A stretch of 51,907 nt of DNA, taken from positions 1 to 51,907 of the IMG/VR virus record IMGVR_UViG_3300017743_000014; one strand, 5' to 3'. Both the position numbers and the translations under genes were made by a program. Of this stretch, positions 1 through 7,928 are shown one piece after another. The notes beneath the pieces were generated by a model. The model did not search any database. It saw only the letters and a program-made list of their open reading frames with translations, and was not told the origin of the DNA. Source of the stretch: a virus. Lineage: Duplodnaviria; Caudoviricetes. Each line of letters begins with the position of its first letter. Position 1 is the first letter of the stretch.

Positions 1-1
1 A

Positions 2-508
2 CCGATGCCAGCTCTGATGAAGATTATGGAGTGGGAAGACATACCTGAGTTCCCAGCTCAAAAGATATGGACTCAAAAAGGTAGGATTGATTCGCCTGAA
101 TGTAATATTTATCAAACAATATATTATCCAGATCCTTTGACGCCATATTATCGGGTGTCTGTGATTGGCGACACTGTGATATCTGAATTTGTACGAGACC
201 CTGATGGCTCAATTGGTCCACACATCATGAGTGTGTTGATGGATGATTTCGGCATCAAGCCTGATGCCATTGTTGACATGAAACAGTCTCAGCAGTATTA
301 TGGTAAGATCCGTCCCATTGATGAAGACTTGCGCAAGCAGTTCATCTTTGAGATGACAAGCAAACATGGCATCTATTCATTGGGTCGTTTTGCGACTTGG
401 CGTCAGTTGCTACTAGATGATGTTGTGGATGACCTACAGCACATCGAATCATTCATTCGGGCAAAGTCGGACTATGCTCGTTTGATGCACTCTCAGAAAG
501 GAGAATAA
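2..508 (+). CDS. 5'-truncated FAD/NAD(P)-dependent oxidoreductase-like protein (C-terminal part, UDP-galactopyranose-mutase/amine-oxidase-like fold)
   Basis: Frame is open to the window edge. C-terminal GIYSLGRFATWR resembles the GR(F/L)xx(W/Y) FAD-binding tail of UGM-like flavoproteins. Confidence 0.55.
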   Translation, partial: PMPALMKIMEWEDIPEFPAQKIWTQKGRIDSPECNIYQTIYYPDPLTPYYRVSVIGDTVISEFVRDPDGSIGPHIMSVLMDDFGIKPDAIVDMKQSQQYYGKIRPIDEDLRKQFIFEMTSKHGIYSLGRFATWRQLLLDDVVDDLQHIESFIRAKSDYARLMHSQKGE

Positions 509-509
509 C

Positions 510-1154
510 ATGAAAGTCCAATTGGTAAATTATACGGATGATGCAGTGAACCTGCTCATCTTCACAAAGAACACTCGCCTTATGAACGACGAGGACTCCT
601 ACGCAAAGGTGTCTGGGTGGCCTGAGGAAAAGAAGCAGGAAGAGCTTGACTACATGCTCAAGACCATCCGCTCATCTTGGGAGTTTATCGACTACACATT
701 TAATATCCGTGATGTCAGCAGAGGCTTCACCCACCAGTTCGTGCGGACTCGTCAGGCTTCATATGCCCAGCAATCACAACGCACAGTAGACATGCATGGC
801 TTCGGGTACTACACGCCACCTCGTGTTGCTGAGAATGAAGTTGCCAAGGCTTTGTATGATGATGCGATGAATCAGATCAATGAAGCCTATCAAGCATTGC
901 GAGACATTGTTCCTGCTGAAGATGCTCGTGGCGTTCTGCCGACAAACATTCATACCAACATTGTTGCCAAGTTCAATCTGCGCACGATGAGTGAGATGGC
1001 TAAGTCTCGCCTATCACCCAGAGCACAAGGCGAATACCAAGAGGTGTTCAAAGGCATGGTTGCGGAGGTTGTTAAAGTTCACCCATGGGCTGAGGCATTC
1101 CTTACTCCAACTGAGTGGGCAGCACCATCAATGTACAAAGCACTAAACAAATAG
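510..1154 (+). CDS. thyX: Flavin-dependent thymidylate synthase family protein (divergent ThyX)
   Basis: SRGFTHQFVRTRQASYAQQSQR matches the RHRx7SxR motif with H>T. EDARGVLP and NLR...R...AQGE are present. AGAAAGGAG RBS. Confidence 0.85.
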   Translation: MKVQLVNYTDDAVNLLIFTKNTRLMNDEDSYAKVSGWPEEKKQEELDYMLKTIRSSWEFIDYTFNIRDVSRGFTHQFVRTRQASYAQQSQRTVDMHGFGYYTPPRVAENEVAKALYDDAMNQINEAYQALRDIVPAEDARGVLPTNIHTNIVAKFNLRTMSEMAKSRLSPRAQGEYQEVFKGMVAEVVKVHPWAEAFLTPTEWAAPSMYKALNK

Positions 1155-1163
1155 GAGGTATCA

Positions 1164-1439
1164 ATGCCTAAACAAGAAATGATTAACAAAGCTCATTATA
1201 TGAAGCAACTTGGCGAAAGCCACAGCACAATCAAGAAAAAGCTAAAGTTGACTCAAAATCAGCTTTCGTACATCTTGTATCAAAAAGAGCCATCTCCCAA
1301 AAATAACATTGTCGCTATAGCACCAGCCCCAAAGAGGGAAACAGAGATTGAAGCTGCATACAAGCAAGCATCAGAAGCTGTGTCATTCGCCAATGAAACC
1401 ATTCGTCGGGTCAAGAAGATTCTTGGGATGAAGGCTTGA
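1164..1439 (+). CDS. Hypothetical protein, possible N-terminal HTH
   Basis: AGGAGG RBS. STIKKKLKLTQNQLSYILY is HTH-like. Confidence 0.6.
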   Translation: MPKQEMINKAHYMKQLGESHSTIKKKLKLTQNQLSYILYQKEPSPKNNIVAIAPAPKRETEIEAAYKQASEAVSFANETIRRVKKILGMKA

Positions 1440-1464
1440 TCTGACGACTTAAAAAGAGTAAAGT
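1436..1464 (+). promoter_or_regulatory. sigma70-like promoter upstream of the DenV-like gene
   Basis: TTGATC-N17-TAAAGT followed by ACTGAGAAAGGA RBS. Confidence 0.5.
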
Positions 1465-1486
1465 AAAGACACTGAGAAAGGAATTA

Positions 1487-1999
1487 ATGATGAACATATT
1501 TTACTTAGACGATGACCCTGTTGTCGCTGCAAAGATGCATTGTGACGTGCATTCTTACAAGATGATATCAGAGTCTGTGCTCATGCTTTGCAATGCGCAT
1601 AGGTTTTTGGATGGGGATGAGTATGCTGATGAGGTTGGCATGTTCCCTGTGGGATACGAGAATCACCCATGCTCAAAATGGGTTAGGAAGTCAGCAGCAA
1701 ACTACAACTGGCTTCTGGTTATGGTCACTCAGCTTGCCAAGGAATATTATCAGCGTTATGGCTCAAAGAAAAAAGAGCCAGTGAATCACAAACATGCTTC
1801 GCTGATACCTGCCCTCAACAAGTTGCCCAACAATATCCATTTTGCTGACCTGACTGCCCCTCACTTGGGGATGCCAGATGAATACAAGGTCAATGATCCT
1901 GTTCAATCATACCGCAACTACTACTTGGGTGAAAAGCTCGGCCACATTCAAAACGGAACATACAAATATACGGAGGCACCATCATGGGCAAGCGTATAA
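1487..1999 (+). CDS. Pyrimidine-dimer DNA glycosylase / endonuclease V-like protein
   Basis: MNIFYLD...HCD.H..KM..E...L, NHPC.KW, NY.WL, EY..RYG and MPDEYK..DPV..YR.YY are typical of this family. Confidence 0.75.
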   Translation: MMNIFYLDDDPVVAAKMHCDVHSYKMISESVLMLCNAHRFLDGDEYADEVGMFPVGYENHPCSKWVRKSAANYNWLLVMVTQLAKEYYQRYGSKKKEPVNHKHASLIPALNKLPNNIHFADLTAPHLGMPDEYKVNDPVQSYRNYYLGEKLGHIQNGTYKYTEAPSWASV

Positions 2000-2421
2000 T
2001 TATCTGCGATCTTGATGGCACGATATCTGATTATGGGCATCGTTTGAAGCTCTTCAAGTTACGAGACTATGAAGCCTTTAATGCCGCAGGCATAAACGAC
2101 AAGCCAATTCAAAATATTTGTAATATCCTGCGAGGTCTTCATGATGAAGAGACTCATGTAATAATTATGACTGCAAGAGATGAGTCCCACATGGCTCAAA
2201 CTGAAAAGTGGTTGAATCTGAATGAAGTCCCTTTTGATGAATTGATCATGCGTGATACAGGTGATCAGTCGAGTGATGATGTTTGCAAACTCAAACTCAT
2301 GGAAAAGCATATCCCGAACTATGAAGACATTTGGTTCGTGCTTGAAGACAGGAAGTCGGTCGTTGATATGTGGCGTGGTGAAGGATTGACTTGCCTTCAA
2401 GTTGCCCCAGGAGACTTTTAG
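1984..2421 (+). CDS. HAD-family phosphatase (PseT/PNKP 3'-phosphatase-like)
   Basis: DLDGT motif I, TAR motif II, LIMR..GD...D...K, EDR..VV.MW...GL.CLQV..GDF. Confidence 0.85.
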   Translation: MGKRIIICDLDGTISDYGHRLKLFKLRDYEAFNAAGINDKPIQNICNILRGLHDEETHVIIMTARDESHMAQTEKWLNLNEVPFDELIMRDTGDQSSDDVCKLKLMEKHIPNYEDIWFVLEDRKSVVDMWRGEGLTCLQVAPGDF

Positions 2422-2685
2422 ATGAACATAAGAATCATAGGGAATGACATTGAAATTGATGGTGAGAAGGTTGCCCGTATATTTGATATTAGGGCAACTC
2501 TTAGGGATTGCCTCGAAGATGCTGTAGACAGAGCTGAACGCTATGAGCGTATGGTTGATGATCAAGTCAGCAAATCAGAAGACGCATATGAAAAAGGTTA
2601 CGAGGAGGGAAAACAATATGGCAAGGAAGAAGGAAGGCAAGAAGGATATGAGCAACGAGAAGCTGAAGAACAGAATACCAACTGA
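2422..2685 (+). CDS. Hypothetical protein with GxxxG-type acidic repeats
   Basis: Abuts the previous stop. Contains KGYEEGKQYGKEEGRQEGYEQ. Confidence 0.6.
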   Translation: MNIRIIGNDIEIDGEKVARIFDIRATLRDCLEDAVDRAERYERMVDDQVSKSEDAYEKGYEEGKQYGKEEGRQEGYEQREAEEQNTN

Positions 2686-2986
2686 TTGCATTGCTGAGGC
2701 TCTTGAAACATTCAGAGAGCGTAACCAATCATATGGTGACAATTATCTTCAGCATGGTGAAGTTATGACTGTATTATTCCCTGATGGCATTGAGCTGAAG
2801 ACTGTTGAAGATTGGAACAGGTTTGGGATTATTAATATGATCGTCGCAAAGATGACTCGTTACGCTCAAAACTGGCCTGACGTAAACAAAGGCACCATTG
2901 ACTCGCTGCACGACTTAGGAGTTTACTCATTCATGCTTGAGTCAATTGATTCATTTAAGTGGGGATCAGAAGATGACAGCAAGTGA
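2648..2986 (+). CDS. Alpha-helical nucleotide-modification-associated / MazG-like domain protein (Nmad1/DUF1599-like)
   Basis: ETFRERNQSYGDNY...K.TRY...DSLHDLGVY pattern. Start re-assigned to ATG 2648 behind AAGGA. Confidence 0.55.
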   Translation: MSNEKLKNRIPTDCIAEALETFRERNQSYGDNYLQHGEVMTVLFPDGIELKTVEDWNRFGIINMIVAKMTRYAQNWPDVNKGTIDSLHDLGVYSFMLESIDSFKWGSEDDSK

Positions 2987-3143
2987 AGAAGCAAAAAAAG
3001 TTCTTGATACTATGATGAAGGAAATGCCTATTAAATTTGAGCTATTGTTGGGTGACGATGTCAGAGAGACTATGCAAAAATGCTACGAGCTTGGATTCAA
3101 GCATGGCTTTGAACACGAGGATGAAAAACATGATAGTATTTGA
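2973..3143 (+). CDS. Hypothetical protein
   Basis: Short ORF overlapping both neighbours. Confidence 0.5.
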   Translation: MTASEEAKKVLDTMMKEMPIKFELLLGDDVRETMQKCYELGFKHGFEHEDEKHDSI

Positions 3144-3663
3144 CCTAGAGACCACAGGCTTGCCTAAAGCAGAAGGTTCTGACCTAGACATTCAACCTCG
3201 CATCATTGAGTTCGGTGCAATCAAGTTGGATGGCTCTTTGAAAGAGATTGAGAGGCTTGAGTTCTTCTGCAATCCTGGGCATCAGCTTGACCCGAAGATA
3301 ACCAAGATCACAGGCATAACAGACGACATGTTAAAAGGCGAAAAGCCATTCATTGCTTATTATAAAAATCTTTGCGAGTTCTTTTTAGGAGAAACTTCTA
3401 TTGCTGCTCACAACTTGGCTTTTGACAGAAAGATATTAAAGTTTGAGCTTGAGAGGCTTGACAAGCTGACAAAGTTCCCATGGCCATATGATCATGTCTG
3501 CACAGTTGAGGTTGGAGAGTCTGTTTGGGGCAAAAAGAAAAAGCTCGGGGATATCCATGAAGAGCTTTTCGGGACTAAGATTGATGGAGCGCACAGATCA
3601 ATCAATGATGTTGAAGCAACTGTGCGCATAATTGAGTGGTATGAAAAGGAGGGGCATCTATGA
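3130..3663 (+). CDS. DnaQ/epsilon-like 3'-5' exonuclease (DEDDh)
   Basis: Exo I DLETTG, Exo II HNLAFD, Exo III HRSINDV. Confidence 0.9.
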   Translation: MIVFDLETTGLPKAEGSDLDIQPRIIEFGAIKLDGSLKEIERLEFFCNPGHQLDPKITKITGITDDMLKGEKPFIAYYKNLCEFFLGETSIAAHNLAFDRKILKFELERLDKLTKFPWPYDHVCTVEVGESVWGKKKKLGDIHEELFGTKIDGAHRSINDVEATVRIIEWYEKEGHL

Positions 3664-3719
3664 TGGAAAGTATATTGTTAGGTATTTTCTTTGCGCTTGT
3701 GAAAGTAGCACTTTCATGA
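3660..3719 (+). CDS. 19-aa hydrophobic micropeptide MMESILLGIFFALVKVALS (not in ORF track)
   Basis: AAGGAGG RBS. ATGA overlaps with the upstream stop and with the downstream start. Confidence 0.55.
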   Translation: MMESILLGIFFALVKVALS

Positions 3720-3880
3720 CCGCTGTTGAGATACAACAGTTCGTTGAGAAGTTGATCCGTAGGTGGGAAGAAACGCACACAATCGCTCCTACGGATCACA
3801 TATCAAAATTTCTTATATCAAACGACATTCTTAAATTAGTTAAAAAGGTGAAAGATGCTCAACATAAGAGTCAGAACTGA
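3716..3880 (+). CDS. Hypothetical protein (54 aa)
   Basis: ATGA-coupled start at 3716. Overlaps the dnaE start. Confidence 0.5.
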   Translation: MTAVEIQQFVEKLIRRWEETHTIAPTDHISKFLISNDILKLVKKVKDAQHKSQN

Positions 3881-6668
3881 ATACTGCTTCCGCAAGGCAT
3901 ACGGACCACTTCAAAAAGTCATAGACTCAATTGATGGGTCAGCCATCGGGATCTGCGACACTGGCACTTGGGGTCATGTGAATTTTGAACATGCCTGCAA
4001 AAAAGTTGACAAAAAGCCTTTGCTTGGGGTTGAGATACCTATAGTTGAAGATGCAACAGAGCGATCAAAGCAACCAGCCAATGACATGGCATTCATAGCT
4101 AAGAACAATGATGGCCTCACAGAGATATATCACCTCGTCACAAAAAGCACAGACAAAGAACATTTTTATTATCATCCTCGTTTAAGTTATGAAGATTTAT
4201 TTGATGTCAGTGAAAATGTAATAATACTCAGCGGGACAAACCCAGATTGGGGATTGTTGCCTTTGACCAAAAAAGACAATCTTTATATTGAGTTGAATCC
4301 AATGAGCACTCGTAAGGCTTTGGAGTTTGCGGACAAAAAAGGATTCAATGTTGTAGCGACTTCAGATAATTTTTACCCAACAGTGCAAGACAAAAAGGCA
4401 TACGAGGTTTTGGTGGGTCGTAACCGAACAGACCGAACAAAGCCAATGCATGTCATGAATGAATGGGAGTGGAGAGACGCAGTGCCGTGGGCACCAGAGT
4501 CAGCCATAGAAAACACCTACAAGATTGCAGAGATGTGTAACGCAGAGTTGCCAACAGCACAAATGGTTTCATTTGATCCAGAAAAGACTTTGCGCAAAAT
4601 GTGCGAGGAAGGTGCACCACCCCGCAACATTGACCTAAATGACCCAGCTTATAAAGCTCGTCTTGACCGAGAGTTGAAGTTGATATCTGACAAAGAGTTT
4701 GAAGATTACTTTTATGTCATCGCTGACATGATCAACTACGCCAAGAAACATATGCTCGTTGGGCCAGCACGAGGATCATCTTCTGGTTCACTGGTTTGCT
4801 ACCTCACTGGCATAACTGACATTGACCCGATTGAGCATGACTTACTGTTTGAGAGATTCATTGATATCACTCGTGAGGACTTGCCCGACATTGATATTGA
4901 CTTTCAGGATGATCGCAGAGAGATGGTGTTTGAGTATCTGAGGGAAAAGTATGGAGCGGAAAAGGTTGCACACCTAGGAACAGTGTCACGCTACAAAGCT
5001 AAAAGCACAATCGCAGAAGTAGCCAAAGAGCTCGGCATACCAGCGTGGGAAGTAAACGATCTCAAAGGTGCAATCATTGAACGTAGCTCTGGCGACTCCC
5101 GTGCAGCATTCTGTATCCTTGATACTTTCAACGAGCTTGATGTGGGTCGGGAAGTGATGCAAAAATATCCGCAGATGAAAGTTGCCGCAGACATGGAGAA
5201 CCATGCACGTCACAATGGTGTTCATGCCGCAGGAATCATAGTGACAGAAAAACCAGTCAGTGAGTATTGCTCTGTTTCAGGTCAGACAGGTGCAGCCCAG
5301 ATAGACAAAAAGGATGCTGAGGATCTCAATCTACTGAAGATTGATGCACTGGGGCTGAGGACTCTTTCAGTTTTGCAAGATGTTCTTGATCAAGTCGGTT
5401 GGACTCGTGATCAGTTGATCAATTACCCTCTTGAGGATGAAGAGGCATTCAAAATATTAAACGACGAGAAGTATGCAGGAATATTTCAGTTTGAAGGCTA
5501 TGCACTGCAGTCAGTGACTAGGCAGATGAAAGTTCACAAGTTTGAGGACATTGCAGCCATCACTGCTTTGGCTCGTCCTGGACCACTCAACTCAGGTGGC
5601 ACAACCCAGTTTATAAAACGCCACACAGGTGCATCGCCTGTTGAGTATCTTCACCCACTGACTGAGACAATAACAAAGGTCACCAATGGGGTTGTTGTTT
5701 ATCAGGAACAAGTGATGACAATAGCCAGAGATGTGGGTAAGCTCTCATGGGAAGATGTATCAACTCTTCGCAAAGCAATGTCAAAGTCATACGGGAAAGA
5801 ATATTTTGATACCTTTTGGGAAAGGTTCAAAGTTGGTGCAGCTGAGAATGACATTGAGGAAGACCAAGCCCAACGCATATGGGACAACATCAACACAATG
5901 GGATCATGGGCATTCAACAGATCACACGCCATCGCATATGGGATGGTCAGCTATTGGTGTTGCGTTCTTAAGAGCAAGTTTCCTCTGGAGTTTGCTGCAG
6001 CATGTTTGCGTAACGTCAAAGATGACGAGCAGGCAGTCAGGCTTTTGCGTGAGGTTGTGCGTGAGGGTTTGGACTACAAGCCATTTGACAAATTCAAGTC
6101 AAATCAAAACTGGTCTGTGCAAGATGGTGCTTTGATAGGTGGTTTGATCGGAATAAAAGGAATCGGTCCAAAAATGGCTGAGGACATCCTTAACAGACGT
6201 GAGATGGCCCAACCTATGACTCCTCGTCAAGAGTCGCTCCTAGACAATGGAGAAACGCCTTACGACGACATATTTGAATGCGAAAGAAGGTTCGGGCATA
6301 TAAAAGCTGACCCAGCCGCACATAACATTGTTTCTGACATAACTGACATAATGGATCTGGATGCTGACAATCCAGGAATGTTTGTGTTCTTCGGGAAGCT
6401 GAAAGAAAAGAATCTGCGTGATATGAATGAGACTGTTAACCTTGCCAAGCGTGGTGGTCGCAGGGTTGATAAAAATAATCTGTGGCTCAATCTGACTTTT
6501 GAGGATGACACTGGCCCAATCATATCAACCATTGATCGTTTCAAATATTCACGCATGGGCAAGCCAATAGTTGAGGATGGCAGGATCGGTGATTGGTATC
6601 TTGTCAAAGGCATGATCAGGCAAGGATTCAGGAAAATTTATGTAGAAAAAATTCGTAAACTTACATAA
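3855..6668 (+). CDS. dnaE: DNA polymerase III alpha subunit (family C)
   Basis: GPARGSS.GSLV, LLFERF, PDIDIDF catalytic motif, HAAG, KIDALGL, GIFQFE, RPGP, YQEQVM, AFNRSHA, C-terminal OB (LTFEDDTG). Confidence 0.97.
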   Translation: MLNIRVRTEYCFRKAYGPLQKVIDSIDGSAIGICDTGTWGHVNFEHACKKVDKKPLLGVEIPIVEDATERSKQPANDMAFIAKNNDGLTEIYHLVTKSTDKEHFYYHPRLSYEDLFDVSENVIILSGTNPDWGLLPLTKKDNLYIELNPMSTRKALEFADKKGFNVVATSDNFYPTVQDKKAYEVLVGRNRTDRTKPMHVMNEWEWRDAVPWAPESAIENTYKIAEMCNAELPTAQMVSFDPEKTLRKMCEEGAPPRNIDLNDPAYKARLDRELKLISDKEFEDYFYVIADMINYAKKHMLVGPARGSSSGSLVCYLTGITDIDPIEHDLLFERFIDITREDLPDIDIDFQDDRREMVFEYLREKYGAEKVAHLGTVSRYKAKSTIAEVAKELGIPAWEVNDLKGAIIERSSGDSRAAFCILDTFNELDVGREVMQKYPQMKVAADMENHARHNGVHAAGIIVTEKPVSEYCSVSGQTGAAQIDKKDAEDLNLLKIDALGLRTLSVLQDVLDQVGWTRDQLINYPLEDEEAFKILNDEKYAGIFQFEGYALQSVTRQMKVHKFEDIAAITALARPGPLNSGGTTQFIKRHTGASPVEYLHPLTETITKVTNGVVVYQEQVMTIARDVGKLSWEDVSTLRKAMSKSYGKEYFDTFWERFKVGAAENDIEEDQAQRIWDNINTMGSWAFNRSHAIAYGMVSYWCCVLKSKFPLEFAAACLRNVKDDEQAVRLLREVVREGLDYKPFDKFKSNQNWSVQDGALIGGLIGIKGIGPKMAEDILNRREMAQPMTPRQESLLDNGETPYDDIFECERRFGHIKADPAAHNIVSDITDIMDLDADNPGMFVFFGKLKEKNLRDMNETVNLAKRGGRRVDKNNLWLNLTFEDDTGPIISTIDRFKYSRMGKPIVEDGRIGDWYLVKGMIRQGFRKIYVEKIRKLT

Positions 6669-6775
6669 GTCTTTGATTTGCATGAAAAGAAAAATCACTT
6701 TCTTGTTATTTTTTTGTTGCTTTCTTTCCCAGAAAAGGCGATACTAACAAGAGTTAGGAATTACTGAGAAAGGAA
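6666..6775 (+). promoter_or_regulatory. Early promoter cassette copy 1 (IHF-like box, A/T tract, -35, -10, RBS)
   Basis: TAAGTCTTTGATT (reverse complement AATCAAAGACTTA), TTGCTT 6717-6722, N17, GATACT 6740-6745, TTACTGAGAAAGGA. Confidence 0.75.
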
Positions 6776-6781
6776 AATAAA

Positions 6782-7297
6782 ATGGAAAAGCACACCCCAA
6801 CCCGTCGCCCTATTACTGATTGGATCGGTAACCAACGTAAAACTTGGTGTGGCCCATACGCCATTGCCACTGTTTGCGGAACTGGTTATGAGCCAGCCTA
6901 TCAGGTCGCCAAAACTGTTCGCGGTAAGCGTCACGCCAAAGGCATCACCAACACTGACCTGCAGAAGTCTTGCGCAAAGCTCGGTGTCAAAGGCGAGTGG
7001 TTCCCGATCTCAAGCGTCGGTGCTGGCAACAAGTCAAAGATGAAGCTCGAGAACTTCCTCAAGCTCCTGCTTCCTGGAAAGGTTTATGTGATTAATATCA
7101 CCAAGCATTTCATCGTTGTTGACACTCGTGACTTCACGACCATTGACAACCAGAACCCTGACGCATGGATCGCGATGGAAGCGACCAAGCATAAGAACAA
7201 GCTCGTCCACAACTACTTTGTGGTTGAGAACCCGAAGTTCGATCCCAAGAGTGACGACACTTGGCTGATTGAACCACTGGCTGCAGCCAGCAACTAG
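6782..7297 (+). CDS. Papain-like (peptidase C39-like) cysteine hydrolase
   Basis: WCGPYAIA (Cys), KHFIVVD (His), IDN (Asp/Asn) in papain-fold order. Confidence 0.5.
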   Translation: MEKHTPTRRPITDWIGNQRKTWCGPYAIATVCGTGYEPAYQVAKTVRGKRHAKGITNTDLQKSCAKLGVKGEWFPISSVGAGNKSKMKLENFLKLLLPGKVYVINITKHFIVVDTRDFTTIDNQNPDAWIAMEATKHKNKLVHNYFVVENPKFDPKSDDTWLIEPLAAASN

Positions 7298-7310
7298 CAA
7301 GAAAGGGATC

Positions 7311-7338
7311 CCTCCTGAGCATGAGGCAAAACTGCTCA
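7311..7338 (+). ncRNA. Candidate compact H-type pseudoknot in the intergenic leader
   Basis: S1 CCTC/GAGG, L1 C, S2 TGAGCA/TGCTCA, L2 T, L3 CAAAAC. Confidence 0.5.
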
Positions 7339-7361
7339 CAACCAACTGAGAAAGGATTGAT

Positions 7362-7778
7362 ATGTTTGAGGCAGCATTAGTTTGCATGACTATGGCAGTT
7401 TACTTTGAAGCGAGAGGTGAGCCTCTTGTTGGGCAGTCAGCCGTAGCTCATGTCATTATGAATAGGGTTGAGGATGAACGCTATCCTGATAGTGTTTGTG
7501 AGGTTGTGAAGCAAGGACCAACCTACAAGTGGGCAAACTTCCCGATCCGTCACAAATGCCAGTTTAGCTTTTACTGTGATGGAATGTCTGATCAACCTAA
7601 AGATGAAGATGCTTACAGATGGGCTGAGATGATATCGTTTGGTGCTTTGACTGGAAGAACATATGACCCAACAGAAGGTGCCACTCACTATCACGCCTAC
7701 TACGTCAATCCCTCTTGGGCTCAAACAAAGCACATGACAGTTCGTATCAACGACCACATATTTTATGCTTGGGACTAA
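7362..7778 (+). CDS. SleB-like cell wall hydrolase (Hydrolase_2)
   Basis: CM..AVYFEARGE, AVAHVIMNRV, CQFSFYCDG, DPTEGATHYHA, I.DHIFY. Confidence 0.92.
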   Translation: MFEAALVCMTMAVYFEARGEPLVGQSAVAHVIMNRVEDERYPDSVCEVVKQGPTYKWANFPIRHKCQFSFYCDGMSDQPKDEDAYRWAEMISFGALTGRTYDPTEGATHYHAYYVNPSWAQTKHMTVRINDHIFYAWD

Positions 7779-7823
7779 CACATTGCATTGCCCAATGCAA
7801 CCAATCGTTGAAGAAGAAAATTA

Positions 7824-7922
7824 TAAGTCCTTGAAAAAGAACGAAACAAATATCACTTTCTTTGTTGCCTTTTGCATCAAAAAAGCCGATACTAAGAAGG
7901 TAAAGAGTTACTGAGAAAGGAA
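7824..7922 (+). promoter_or_regulatory. Early promoter cassette copy 2
   Basis: TAAGTCCTTGAAA, ATCACTTTCTTTG, TTGCCT 7865-7870, N17, GATACT 7888-7893, GAGTTACTGAGAAAGGA. Confidence 0.75.
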
Positions 7923-7928
7923 AGAATC

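Noticed and set aside
2590-2660. FliH/Yae1-like GxxxG repeats suggesting a flagellar protein
   Set aside because: A short low-complexity pattern common in small phage proteins. No other FliH features.
7783-7800. Inverted repeat TTGCATTG..CAATGCAA as a terminator
   Set aside because: Loop is too small for the full stem, the stem is AT-rich and there is no U tract. It could be an operator, but there is no second copy to support that.
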